From: an uncultured Hyphomicrobiales bacterium
Lineage (GTDB): Bacteria; Bacteroidota; Ignavibacteria; Kapaibacteriales; UBA2268
Assembly: GCA_964581505.1 (NCBI GenBank)
Contig: CAZOOR010000006.1
Location: forward strand, 8,781-72,780
Reading direction: 5' to 3'
Length of the DNA stretch: 64,000 nt
Shown: one piece after another, positions 19,510 through 29,264 of the stretch
How the letters are laid out: each line of letters begins with the position of its first letter
Position numbering within the stretch: position 1 is the stretch's first letter
Program-made: the position numbers and the translations under genes
The notes under the pieces: model-generated
Told to the model about the DNA's origin: nothing
Database searches by the model: none
The model's input: only the letters and a program-made list of their open reading frames with translations

Positions 19510-20502
19510 TCAGAGTTTGGATAATTCGTATTCGTAAGCGTTTTCTACATTTGTTGCTTGTTGCAAAGTGCTGACATACTGTCCGCAGTTCGAGCCTATT
19601 TTATTTTCTTCCCATTCGCCTATGCTCAAAATAACACCGTAACCTGCGGCTTCGGCGGCTTTTACTATTTCATTATGGTTGTTCTTTTCGGTTATAAGCG
19701 ATTTGATATTGTTTTTCTCTGCTTTATATGTAGGGTTAATGGGGGTAATCTTCAAAAGAAATATTTCGGGAGCGAAATACTTCAACAGTTGCTTAGGTTC
19801 GAAGAGTGAATCCTGCGAAAGAGCAAAGTTTAGAGTAATTTTCTTTCCTCCTTTATCATAAAAGCGTTCGGAATATTTCGCAATTTTCTCAAAGCTCCAT
19901 TTCTTGACGGGCAGTAATTCATCTCTCTGCTTTGTATCTGACGAATGCAATGAAAATTGCAATTGGAATGTATTACGATAGAGTTCTTTTTTCAATTGCA
20001 AAAGTTCCTCGAAGAAATTATCTGTACCTGCCGGTGCTATTGTAGAAAGGGAAGGTAGAAACAAGCGATAATCATACAAAGCGGGTATGTTGCGAAGCAA
20101 TTCCAATACCGCCGGATTGAACGAAGGTTCACCCATTCTGGCAAATTGAATTTTGAATTTATTGCTATCAATATAACCGGACGGAAAGCGGATGTTAATC
20201 AAATAATCAATCTGAAATTTTAATTCTTCATAAGACAATTTGCCTTCATATCTGCCGCCGGCATCGCAGAAAGTGCATTCGACAGGACAACCGAAAAGAG
20301 TAGAAATGATTAATACCCATTTGTCGCGTCTCGTTAGCGGCGGCTGAGTGGATTCGACGAACTCAAACATTTTTCCTGTTTCGTTCTCCGCCACAAAGAC
20401 CGTTGCTATGTCGTTATCCTTTGTTCTTGCGATTACTTTCATTTTCTTTTTCGATGCTTTGAACAATTTCCATTGCGGCACGCAGACCGTCTCCTGCCGC
20501 AA
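19510..20502 (-). CDS. Radical SAM domain protein (function unknown)
   Basis: CxxxCxxC motif GCPVECTFCDAGG near the N-terminus; about 300-330 aa depending on start (internal Met candidates MKVIAR / MFEFVE); last gene of a three-gene overlapping minus-strand operon. Confidence 0.55.
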   Translation of the reverse strand: MRQETVCVPQWKLFKASKKKMKVIARTKDNDIATVFVAENETGKMFEFVESTQPPLTRRDKWVLIISTLFGCPVECTFCDAGGRYEGKLSYEELKFQIDYLINIRFPSGYIDSNKFKIQFARMGEPSFNPAVLELLRNIPALYDYRLFLPSLSTIAPAGTDNFFEELLQLKKELYRNTFQLQFSLHSSDTKQRDELLPVKKWSFEKIAKYSERFYDKGGKKITLNFALSQDSLFEPKQLLKYFAPEIFLLKITPINPTYKAEKNNIKSLITEKNNHNEIVKAAEAAGYGVILSIGEWEENKIGSNCGQYVSTLQQATNVENAYEYELSKL

Positions 20503-21322
20503 TTGCCACCTGACGGTATCGGGAATTATTAATATCTCCCGTTAGAAATAATTTACTCTTTTCCTGTAAAGCCGACAATTGCCTCCGTAAATGTTCGGAA
20601 AAAAAATCATCGGTTGGACGTCTGCCAATTGCAATAAAGATACAGTCGCTTTTGACGGATAACTCCCGTTTTTTATGTATTATTTTTGTGTTAATTATAT
20701 TTGTACCACTTATTTCTTTGAGCTTCATATTTGTTTGTATTGAAATATTTTGGTCTGCGGCAACTCGCCGGATAAGTAGAGGCAATGCTTTCGGCAACTC
20801 GCCGCGTATATATATAGTAGAGGAAATACCGTGTGCAGATAGATTTAGAGCATAATCAAAAGCGGCATCGCCGCCGCCGATAATTGCCGCCAATTTGACA
20901 TTGTCAAGTCCGGCTTCGGCTATCTCATAGAAAACTTTTGGCTGTGCTTCCGGTTTAATCAATATTGATTTGTCTTGCAAAGGCATAGTACCTGTGGCGA
21001 TAATCAGATAATCAGCAAGATAAGTTTCCTTATTAGTTGTAATAGTAAATATGTTGTTATTAAAATCGGCGGCTTTAACCTCAGAATACATAGGTGTAAT
21101 ATCTAAATTTGCAAAATGTCTTTCGAGCATAAGTACAAACTTATTGCCCGAAATACCCTTTGGAAAACCAGGGTAATTCTCAATAAAATTTGCATTAGCC
21201 GCCAATCCGCCGATTCTGTGTCGCTCGAAAACTATAAAATCAATGTCATTACGTTTCAGCTGCACTGCGGCGGCAACACCGGCTGGTCCGGCACCGATTA
21301 TCACTACTTTGGTCCTAATCAT
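20414..21322 (-). CDS. FAD/NAD(P)-binding oxidoreductase, thioredoxin-reductase-like (YpdA-like)
   Basis: N-terminal VVIIGAGPAGVAAA dinucleotide fold, second GGGDAAFDYA fold, LIIATG motif; 302 aa. Confidence 0.6.
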   Translation of the reverse strand: MIRTKVVIIGAGPAGVAAAVQLKRNDIDFIVFERHRIGGLAANANFIENYPGFPKGISGNKFVLMLERHFANLDITPMYSEVKAADFNNNIFTITTNKETYLADYLIIATGTMPLQDKSILIKPEAQPKVFYEIAEAGLDNVKLAAIIGGGDAAFDYALNLSAHGISSTIYIRGELPKALPLLIRRVAADQNISIQTNMKLKEISGTNIINTKIIHKKRELSVKSDCIFIAIGRRPTDDFFSEHLRRQLSALQEKSKLFLTGDINNSRYRQVAIAAGDGLRAAMEIVQSIEKENESNRKNKG

Positions 21323-21980
21323 TTTTGTTCACTTCTTTTATTATATCTTTTGTAAGAGTAATATGAGAAAAACCGAAAGCAAGATTTAAAGCCGTTGCAC
21401 GGTGGTAATTATAATTATACGCCGCAGTGGCATCGAGCGGCAAAACAGTTGAATAACCATGTACAAAAGACGAGCGTACAGTCGTTTCTACACATAAATT
21501 AGTCATTACACCACAAATAATAAGAGTGTCAATGTCTTTGGCTTTCAATTTATCATTGAGAGCAGTGTTATGAAAAGCATCATATTGCGACTTTTGAAAT
21601 ATAATACTTCCGTTTGGGATAGTCAATAAGTCCGACAGATTAGATAATTCGTTCTTATTGCTAATTAGTTTATTCCACCATTTGCCCATCATTCCGGCAT
21701 TTTCATTGGAATTAATATGTTGCGAAAAGAAAATAGGTAGTTTCTTATGTTCAAACAATTCAATTAGCGAATTAATCTTCGGAATAACAGCCGGTGCGGA
21801 CGGAACAAAAGCATTGGAGTTTTGACGCAAAAAATAATCCTGCATATCAAGCACAAGAAGAGCATACCCATCTTTATTTAGTGTTAGCTCAGAATCTTTG
21901 CCGGCATAAGATTTTGCTTCGTCAAGCAGTTTGCCGGCAAGTGTATCAATATTAATATTTGTAAAATACTTCTCTTTCAT
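21315..21980 (-). CDS. Isochorismatase-family (cysteine hydrolase) protein
   Basis: LLVLDMQDYF... and ICGVMTNLCVETTVR catalytic Cys region. Confidence 0.6.
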   Translation of the reverse strand: MKEKYFTNINIDTLAGKLLDEAKSYAGKDSELTLNKDGYALLVLDMQDYFLRQNSNAFVPSAPAVIPKINSLIELFEHKKLPIFFSQHINSNENAGMMGKWWNKLISNKNELSNLSDLLTIPNGSIIFQKSQYDAFHNTALNDKLKAKDIDTLIICGVMTNLCVETTVRSSFVHGYSTVLPLDATAAYNYNYHRATALNLAFGFSHITLTKDIIKEVNKND

Positions 21981-22099
21981 ATCGCAAGATAAATAAAAAT
22001 ATCTTTTTTGCCGCCGTTTTGCTCTTTATGCAAATTTATGCCATATCATTTTTTATATTGCAGGATAGCATTTTGAAAAAATAAAAAAGAGTATATGAA

Positions 22100-23461
22100 A
22101 TGGATATTGTAGCAATACTTCTGATTATCATAATTATTATTGCGATAATAAATTTGATTGTTATTTTTATTAAACGAGTCGAAGTAGATATAAAGCCACA
22201 ATTGAAAGATGTGGAAGATTCCGTTCAGCAGTTCAAGGCAACTTTAGAACTTATCGGAAAGAATATCAATGAGGAATTTAAGGCAAACAGAGAAGAAACA
22301 AATAAAACATCAAAAGATAATAGAGAAGAGCTTACTCAATCGCTCAAATCCTTCGAGGGGAAATTTACAGAAAATATCAACCAACTGAACGACCTGCTAC
22401 GTCAGCAGTTCGAGGATTTGAACAAACATCAGAAAGATATTAACGAACAGCTTACAACGAATATTAAAGATGTACGGAGTACTATTGACGCACAACTTCA
22501 GAATATACGCAAGGATAACAATAAACAATTGGACGAGATGCGGCATACTGTTGATGAAAAATTGCAGAAAACTTTAAATGCACGCCTTAGCCAATCATTT
22601 GAAACAGTAGGAAAGCAATTGCAAGCCGTGCAGGAAGGTCTTGGCGAAATGAAGAATTTGGCAAACGATGTCGGCGGACTGAAAAAAGTTCTCGGCAACG
22701 TAAAACTACGCGGCGGCTTTGGCGAAGTGCAATTGGGTATGTTGCTTGAGCAACTTCTCGCACCAGAGCAATACGACAAAGATGTAAAAACAAAAGAAGG
22801 TAGTCGAGACAATGTAGAGTTTGCAATAAAATTGCCGGGGAAAGATAACAGGAAAGATTATGTTTGGTTACCAATTGATGCAAAATTCCCCAAAGATGTA
22901 TATCAGCATTTACAAGAAGCTTATGATGATGGTGTTCCTGAAAAAATTACAGATGCACGTAAAACTTTGGATAGAACAATAAAGAATATGGCAAAGGATA
23001 TTAGCGAGAAATATATTGAGCCACCCAATACTACGGACTTTGCAATTATGTTTTTGCCATTCGAGGGGATATATGCCGAAGTAGTGCGAAATGCCTCACT
23101 TCTCGAAGAGCTTCGTAATAAATTTAAAGTAGCGGTTACAGGTCCATCTACATTAGCGGCATTTTTGAACAGTCTGCAAATGGGGTTCAAGACTTTGGCT
23201 ATTGAGCAGAGGAGTAGCGAAGTTTGGAAAATTCTCGGTGCTGTAAAGAATGAATTTGAAAAATTCGGCGGGCTAATCGAAAAAGCGGAGAAAAATATTC
23301 GCACGGGTTTAAAGCAGCTTGAAGATGTGAAAGGGACACGTACGCGTGCAATTGAGAGAAAATTAAGAGATGTAGAATCCCTGACAGATGGGGATACCGG
23401 AAAGATTTTCCCAGAATTGAAAAGGGCAGAACAGAAAACATTATCAGAAGATAATGAATAG
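22100..23461 (+). CDS. rmuC: DNA recombination protein RmuC
   Basis: N-terminal TM helix, long coiled-coil, C-terminal RmuC nuclease-like region (FAIMFLPFEGIYAEVVR...). Confidence 0.65.
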   Translation: MDIVAILLIIIIIIAIINLIVIFIKRVEVDIKPQLKDVEDSVQQFKATLELIGKNINEEFKANREETNKTSKDNREELTQSLKSFEGKFTENINQLNDLLRQQFEDLNKHQKDINEQLTTNIKDVRSTIDAQLQNIRKDNNKQLDEMRHTVDEKLQKTLNARLSQSFETVGKQLQAVQEGLGEMKNLANDVGGLKKVLGNVKLRGGFGEVQLGMLLEQLLAPEQYDKDVKTKEGSRDNVEFAIKLPGKDNRKDYVWLPIDAKFPKDVYQHLQEAYDDGVPEKITDARKTLDRTIKNMAKDISEKYIEPPNTTDFAIMFLPFEGIYAEVVRNASLLEELRNKFKVAVTGPSTLAAFLNSLQMGFKTLAIEQRSSEVWKILGAVKNEFEKFGGLIEKAEKNIRTGLKQLEDVKGTRTRAIERKLRDVESLTDGDTGKIFPELKRAEQKTLSEDNE

Positions 23462-23551
23462 TATGTTTTCTTTTACAAACAATAAGAGTTTAAGAGATTA
23501 TTTGTTATTATTTTGTAAATTGTTATTTGGAAAAAATTAAACGGAATATTT

Positions 23552-24190
23552 ATGAATATACCGTCACCAATATTCCTTTATCGAATTATCCATATAAATA
23601 ATTTGGAGAAGATATTGTATGAGGGAAAGCTCATTTGTCCTGCCGGTATTGAAAAAGATAATAACTATATTTCAATCGGTGATAATACATTAATAAAAAG
23701 CAGAAGAAATAAAACAATAGATATATCACCTTTTGGGGATTTTTCCGATTATATTTCTTTTTATTTTGGGTATAGGTCGCCGATGCTGTATAATATTCAA
23801 AATGGATATAATAATGTAACAAAAAGAAAACCTGAAGAAATTATTTATCTTGTTACATCATTTGATGAAATAAAGAGAAGAAATACAAAATATGTATTTA
23901 CAGATGGACATGGTTATCATCATTTATCACAATTTTTTAATGTTGAAAACGATTTAAATAATGTAGATTGGAAGGTTGCGAAATCAAACTTTTGGTTTGA
24001 TAATGAAGATGACCCTGACAGAAAAAGAAGGAAGCAAGCGGAATTTTTAGTTCATAAAGAATTGGATTTATCGGCTATTAAACAAATTGCTGCATTTAAT
24101 AAGAAAGCCGTTGATAAAGTTACCGAATTACTACAAAAAAATAATATTAACATTAAAATATCAATCAAATCGGAATGGTATTATGATTAA
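23552..24190 (+). CDS. darT: DarT-like DNA ADP-ribosyltransferase toxin (DUF4433)
   Basis: 212 aa; N-terminal IFLYRIIHINNLEKILYEG (DUF4433 hallmark), central FYFGYRSPMLY, C-terminal KQAEFLVH with candidate catalytic Glu; immediately followed, with overlapping start, by a macrodomain gene. Confidence 0.7.
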   Translation: MNIPSPIFLYRIIHINNLEKILYEGKLICPAGIEKDNNYISIGDNTLIKSRRNKTIDISPFGDFSDYISFYFGYRSPMLYNIQNGYNNVTKRKPEEIIYLVTSFDEIKRRNTKYVFTDGHGYHHLSQFFNVENDLNNVDWKVAKSNFWFDNEDDPDRKRRKQAEFLVHKELDLSAIKQIAAFNKKAVDKVTELLQKNNINIKISIKSEWYYD

Positions 24191-25217
24191 GTATAAAAAA
24201 GGAAATATCATTAATGAACCCGTTGAGGCGCTTGTAAATACCGTTAATACTGTTGGGATTATGGGCAAAGGTATTGCCCTTGCTTTCAAGAAAGCATTTC
24301 CCGATAATTACAAAATTTATAAGAATATTTGTGATAAAAATGAATTCGATATCGGTGATATTCTGATAACCGAAACAGGTTCACTTTTGCCAAAATACAT
24401 TATTAATTTCCCGACCAAAAGGCATTGGCGGAATCGTTCAGAAATGGAATATATTGAAAAAGGTATGAAAGAACTTATCAAGAAGATAAATGAATATGGT
24501 ATTCAATCAATTGCAATACCGCCCTTGGGTTGTGGCAACGGTGGGTTAAAATGGAATGACGTAATACAAATTATTCTTGATGAACTTGCTACCCTCAATG
24601 ATGATATTGATATTGTCATTTTTGAACCGGGGTTTAATGAACAAACCATGCCGACCAAAAAACATATCGAACTCACTCCCGCAAGAGCTATGTTTTTATC
24701 TGCTTTGAATAAGTATCGAATTTTGGGTTATTCGGTTAATTTGCTTGTTGCTCAAAAAATTGCTTATTTTTTGCAGCAGCTGAACGAACCGCTCAATCTC
24801 GATTTTGAGAAAGGTTTTTACGGTCCTTATTCAAACAGATTACAACATCTACTTAAATATCTAAACGGCTATTATTTGGTTTTCGATAATGAATCTACCA
24901 AACCCGATAGTATAATTACATTGAAACGTCAGGAAGAAGTTTCTCATTTTGTAAAATCCTCTTTATCCGATGAACAAAAATCCAGATTAGAAGTATTACA
25001 ACAATTAATTGAGGGCTTTGAATCACCATACGGTTTGGAATTGCTTGCAACTGTTGATTTCATTATCCAACATAACAAAATATCCGATATAAACGATATT
25101 GAAAATATTATTGCCGATTGGACAAAAAGAAAAAGAGAAATAATGAAACCATATCATATTGAGAAAGCATATCGGCGTTTACAAGAATTATATAACAGTA
25201 ATACTTTGCTTGTTTGA
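24183..25217 (+). CDS. darG: DarG-like macrodomain antitoxin (ADP-ribosyl-DNA hydrolase + C-terminal DarT-binding domain)
   Basis: Internal in-frame ATG at 24183 overlaps the darT stop (TTATGATTAA). N-terminal macro domain (NTVNTVGIMGKGIALAFKKAFP..., IAIPPLGCGNGGL), about 345 aa. ORF track start 24087 is inside darT. Confidence 0.7.
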   Translation: MIKYKKGNIINEPVEALVNTVNTVGIMGKGIALAFKKAFPDNYKIYKNICDKNEFDIGDILITETGSLLPKYIINFPTKRHWRNRSEMEYIEKGMKELIKKINEYGIQSIAIPPLGCGNGGLKWNDVIQIILDELATLNDDIDIVIFEPGFNEQTMPTKKHIELTPARAMFLSALNKYRILGYSVNLLVAQKIAYFLQQLNEPLNLDFEKGFYGPYSNRLQHLLKYLNGYYLVFDNESTKPDSIITLKRQEEVSHFVKSSLSDEQKSRLEVLQQLIEGFESPYGLELLATVDFIIQHNKISDINDIENIIADWTKRKREIMKPYHIEKAYRRLQELYNSNTLLV

Positions 25218-25255
25218 AATTTTATTATCCTTAACAATAAATTACGGAAATATTT

Positions 25256-26827
25256 ATGAAATTAATTACTTCTCTATTTTTATCAATGATACTTATTGCT
25301 ACTGTTACGTATTCGCAGCATAAGAATGTTACAGTTTTCCCTCAGAGTACTCGTCCGAACGAGCCGGCGATTGCAATAGATATAAATAACCCTCAGCTTA
25401 TGGTGGCGGGTTCTAATTTAAATTTGGTGGCATATTCACGTAATGCAGGGAAAACATGGAAATATAAGAGGCTCACATCAAGTTATGGGGTTTGGGGAGA
25501 CCCAATGCTCCTCGTTGATACAAATTCCAATTTCTATTTCTTCCATCTATCGCAATACCCCGGTCCCAAGTGGCTGGACAGAATTGTTTGTCAAAAATCT
25601 TTGGATATGGGCAAAACTTGGAATGACGGCTCGTTCACTGAATTAGACGGCAAGATGCATGATAAGGAATGGGCGGTAGTTGATAGGAGAACTAATATAA
25701 TCTATATGACTTGGACGGTTTTCGATAAATATCAAGGCGGTGCAAAGGACAGTTCAAATATTTTATTTACCAAATCTACGGATAATGGCACTACTTGGTC
25801 GAAACCGATGAGAATAAATGACCGTGGCGGAGATTGTAAAGATGACGATAACACGGTCGAAGGTGCTGTACCTGCTATTGGACCGAACGGCGAAATATAT
25901 GTCGTTTGGTCGGGACATAATAATCTTTACTTTGATAAATCAACAGATGGTGGTAATACTTGGTTAAAAAACGATATGATTATTGCAAAGCAATATGGTG
26001 GCTGGAAATATGATATTCCCGGATTAGACCGTTGTAACGGGCTTCCGATTATTGATTGCGATTTGAGTAAGGGTGAGCATAACGGTACTTTGTATATTAA
26101 TTATTCCGACCAAAAATTTGGTCTTAATGATACTGATGTTTGGTTGCTCAAATCTACTGACGGCGGCGAAACATGGTCTAAGAGAATTCGTGTAAATGAC
26201 GATAAAGCAGGGAAACAACAGTTTTTAAATTGGTTCACTATTGACCAAACAAACGGTTACTTGTATTTCGTTTTTTATGACAGACGCAATCATCCCGATA
26301 AAATGACAGATGTATATATGGCTGTCTCCAAAGATGGTGGTAAAACATTCGATAATTTCAAAATCAGCGAGGAAGCATTTGCTCCAACTAAATCGGCGTT
26401 TTTTGGAGATTATACAAATATCGCCGCTACCAATGGTACGATACGACCAATATGGTCGCGAATGGACACAGGCAGAACGACAATACTAACGGCATTGATT
26501 ATTCCTGATTCCATTGGAGTTTCAGTCGAAGAAGAATCGCCAATATATACGGACTTCGACCCTGTGCTTTACCAGAACTATCCCAATCCGTTTTCGGGAC
26601 GCACTTATGTGTCTTTCAAATTACGCGAATCCTCACTTGTCAGTTTGTTCTTGTATAACTCGCGCGGACAGGAAGTCGCATCAATTCTTAATAACAAACA
26701 ATACCCGGCAGGAAAATTTGTTGAAACTATAAATGGAAGGAAACTTAATCTGAAAAGCGGCGTATATTATTATGTATTGTGTACCAATAGCAGTACAATT
26801 ACAAGAAAGATGATAATTATGGAATAA
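25256..26827 (+). CDS. BNR/Asp-box repeat protein (sialidase/glycosidase-like beta-propeller) with T9SS C-terminal domain
   Basis: Five SxDxGxTW Asp-boxes (SLDMGKTW, STDNGTTW, STDGGNTW, STDGGETW, SKDGGKTF); signal peptide; C-terminal YQNYPNPFSGRTYVSFKL... CTD. Confidence 0.55.
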   Translation: MKLITSLFLSMILIATVTYSQHKNVTVFPQSTRPNEPAIAIDINNPQLMVAGSNLNLVAYSRNAGKTWKYKRLTSSYGVWGDPMLLVDTNSNFYFFHLSQYPGPKWLDRIVCQKSLDMGKTWNDGSFTELDGKMHDKEWAVVDRRTNIIYMTWTVFDKYQGGAKDSSNILFTKSTDNGTTWSKPMRINDRGGDCKDDDNTVEGAVPAIGPNGEIYVVWSGHNNLYFDKSTDGGNTWLKNDMIIAKQYGGWKYDIPGLDRCNGLPIIDCDLSKGEHNGTLYINYSDQKFGLNDTDVWLLKSTDGGETWSKRIRVNDDKAGKQQFLNWFTIDQTNGYLYFVFYDRRNHPDKMTDVYMAVSKDGGKTFDNFKISEEAFAPTKSAFFGDYTNIAATNGTIRPIWSRMDTGRTTILTALIIPDSIGVSVEEESPIYTDFDPVLYQNYPNPFSGRTYVSFKLRESSLVSLFLYNSRGQEVASILNNKQYPAGKFVETINGRKLNLKSGVYYYVLCTNSSTITRKMIIME

Positions 26828-26832
26828 TCATT

Positions 26833-29235
26833 ATGTTACGACTGCTTTCAGTTATTATGTTTTTCGCTATTTTCGCTAATATCGAATGTTGGGCTAATAA
26901 TAGCATTATCACAGGCTTTATCTTTAATAAAAAGACCGGCAAAGCATTGCCCGGGGCTACAATTCGCGTGCTTAATAAAAATATTGGAACTTATTCTTCA
27001 ACAAGTGGCTTTTTTAGATTGCAAGTACCGAAAGATACAAAAGACCTAAAAGTATCTTCAATTGGACATAAAAGCAAAATTGTAAATCTGCATAGCGGCG
27101 AGGATACTATTTTCGTTTATTTGAAGGAAATTGCTGTAAAGAATAAGGGAGTTACCGTAACCGGAAATATTGAACCTATGGAAATAATTCGTAGAGCAAT
27201 AGCCAAGAAGCAGGAAAATGTTGAAAAATTAAAAACGTTCAAAGGGCGACTGTATTCCAAAATTGTTTTTGAACTTGACGGGACATTATTTGCAAACAGC
27301 CAAGGTGGGAAAAATCTATATGTAGGCACTAAAAATGAAAACTCAGAAGACCCTGAAAAATATCGCGCATTTCTATTTGAAACATTTTCCGATGTTTATA
27401 TTGATTTTATAAAGAATGTATCAAGTACTTATATTATTCAGAGGCGGCAAACAGCAAATCTAAAGCCGAGCCAAAATCTAATGGCGATTTCCAAGTTTAT
27501 TAATTTATATGATGATGAAGTACGTTTTGGAGATGTGAGCATTCAAACACCACTAAGCAAAGATGCTTTTTCATATTATAAATATAAAATTATTGATAAA
27601 CAGATATATGATGATAAATATGTCTATGTGATTGATGTTATTCCGGCAACCAAACTTTTCCCTGCATTTAAAGGTATTCTCAAAATATTTGAAGATAATT
27701 ATGCTATTGTCGAAGCTGATTTACAGCCATCGAATAATACGGTCATTGCCTTTATTGACTCGCTAAGGATTAAGCAAAAATATAATAAATCCATAGAGAA
27801 TATTTGGTATCCCGCTTTTTTTGAAATTACCGGCAAAGCAAGATTTGAAGTCGTAAAAGGTCTGTTGGACTTGAAAGCGGATTTGAAGGGAACAAGTATT
27901 TATTCCGATGTGGTATTAAACAAACCGTTACCCGATAGTATCTATCATCAGGAAAAAATAAAAAATATTTCAGTTGCCGAAGATGCGGATTCCACAAAAG
28001 CAAATTTTTGGGAGAACAACTCTTTGCGGGAAGTAACACGGAAGGAAAGAGATATTTATCATAGAATTGATAGCCTCGTAGCAAACGATTCACTAAGCAA
28101 GAAATCTAATAATTCTAATGACTCCGCATTAAAATATACTATATTCCCTTACATTGATTACAATCGCGTCAATGCTTGCTCTTGCGGTTTATCTACTTAT
28201 TTATCATTTAAAAATTTTACAATAGGTGGCTTAGCTTCTTATTCGCTTGGTCTGAAACGAGTCTTTTGGGAAGGAACGCTATCTCGTAAATTTAATATGA
28301 AAGACAATAAATCAATTAATCTCGGTATTTCTGCGTTTTCAAAAGTAGCACGGCTAAGCTTAGATAGAAGTTATGCAAATATCCTGAATACTTTTTTTGC
28401 CGGTTTTTTCCATTTTGATTATTACGACTATATGCGTCAAGACGGGCTATCGCTTTCCGGTGAATATAAATCATCTTTATTTAATTTGGAATCAGGAATT
28501 AATGTATCCGAGCAAACATCATTACGGAAAATGACTAATAGTTCGTTATTTTCAAAAGCGGTATGGCGCGAAAACCCGAATATTACCGAGGGGAAATATA
28601 TAGTCGGTTTTCTGAAAGGACAAACCGGTGATGTGAATTTAATCAAGACAAGCGAAAATTTTGAGAATGAACTTGAATTTAGTACTATATTTGGAACGAA
28701 AACAGAGAGCAAAAAATCTTTCTATTCACTTGTCGCCAGATATAAGGTTTCCATTCCTCTTATATACACAGGATACAGACCAATTAAATTATATCTCTCA
28801 TTGGAGGGTGCTTATAGCTCGGCAAATATACCTATGCAATATATGCCAAAGATGCAAAGTTCAATGTTGTTCATTACAAAATTCGGACAATTCCTGACGG
28901 CACCTCCGTCAAAATACGGCGGAAGAGAGTACTACGCCACACATGCCGCTCTTAATTTGGGTGATTTATGGTGGCGGGCATTAGGTTTGCCATTGTACGA
29001 AGGGAGAGGACTGAACCTAATACTAAGCGGTGCATATTCTCGCTTTTTTGCAAAAGGAAATTCAATATACTGCGATACAGGCAATGAGCATTATTCTGAA
29101 ATAGGTTTCGGCTTATCCCGAATACCTACATTTATTAGCAATGTTTTCTACTTATCATTCGATGTTCGTTGGGGCATCGGACCTGTGGCTTCGGGACGGT
29201 TCGGCTGGGCTTTGTCAATATCACTTCCGTTTTAA
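26833..29235 (+). CDS. Outer-membrane protein with N-terminal carboxypeptidase-regulatory-like domain (DUF5686-like architecture)
   Basis: Signal peptide; N-terminal ITGFIFNKKTGKALPGATIRVLN...GFFRLQV (CarbopepD_reg-like beta-sandwich) followed by about 650 aa beta-rich region ending in an aromatic residue. Confidence 0.4.
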   Translation: MLRLLSVIMFFAIFANIECWANNSIITGFIFNKKTGKALPGATIRVLNKNIGTYSSTSGFFRLQVPKDTKDLKVSSIGHKSKIVNLHSGEDTIFVYLKEIAVKNKGVTVTGNIEPMEIIRRAIAKKQENVEKLKTFKGRLYSKIVFELDGTLFANSQGGKNLYVGTKNENSEDPEKYRAFLFETFSDVYIDFIKNVSSTYIIQRRQTANLKPSQNLMAISKFINLYDDEVRFGDVSIQTPLSKDAFSYYKYKIIDKQIYDDKYVYVIDVIPATKLFPAFKGILKIFEDNYAIVEADLQPSNNTVIAFIDSLRIKQKYNKSIENIWYPAFFEITGKARFEVVKGLLDLKADLKGTSIYSDVVLNKPLPDSIYHQEKIKNISVAEDADSTKANFWENNSLREVTRKERDIYHRIDSLVANDSLSKKSNNSNDSALKYTIFPYIDYNRVNACSCGLSTYLSFKNFTIGGLASYSLGLKRVFWEGTLSRKFNMKDNKSINLGISAFSKVARLSLDRSYANILNTFFAGFFHFDYYDYMRQDGLSLSGEYKSSLFNLESGINVSEQTSLRKMTNSSLFSKAVWRENPNITEGKYIVGFLKGQTGDVNLIKTSENFENELEFSTIFGTKTESKKSFYSLVARYKVSIPLIYTGYRPIKLYLSLEGAYSSANIPMQYMPKMQSSMLFITKFGQFLTAPPSKYGGREYYATHAALNLGDLWWRALGLPLYEGRGLNLILSGAYSRFFAKGNSIYCDTGNEHYSEIGFGLSRIPTFISNVFYLSFDVRWGIGPVASGRFGWALSISLPF

Positions 29236-29264
29236 CTTATGGAAAGAATAACAAATCAATAGAT

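Noticed and set aside
18925-21980. tRNA-Pro-associated integrative genomic island
   Set aside because: No integrase, excisionase or duplicated tRNA 3' end (attR) found downstream. The adjacent operon looks metabolic rather than mobile. Left as a weak note in the findings only.
24087-24182. Longer 376-aa DarG start proposed by the ORF track
   Set aside because: The first 32 codons lie inside darT and have no macro-domain homology. The internal ATG at 24183 gives the canonical macro N-terminus and an ATGA overlap with the darT stop.
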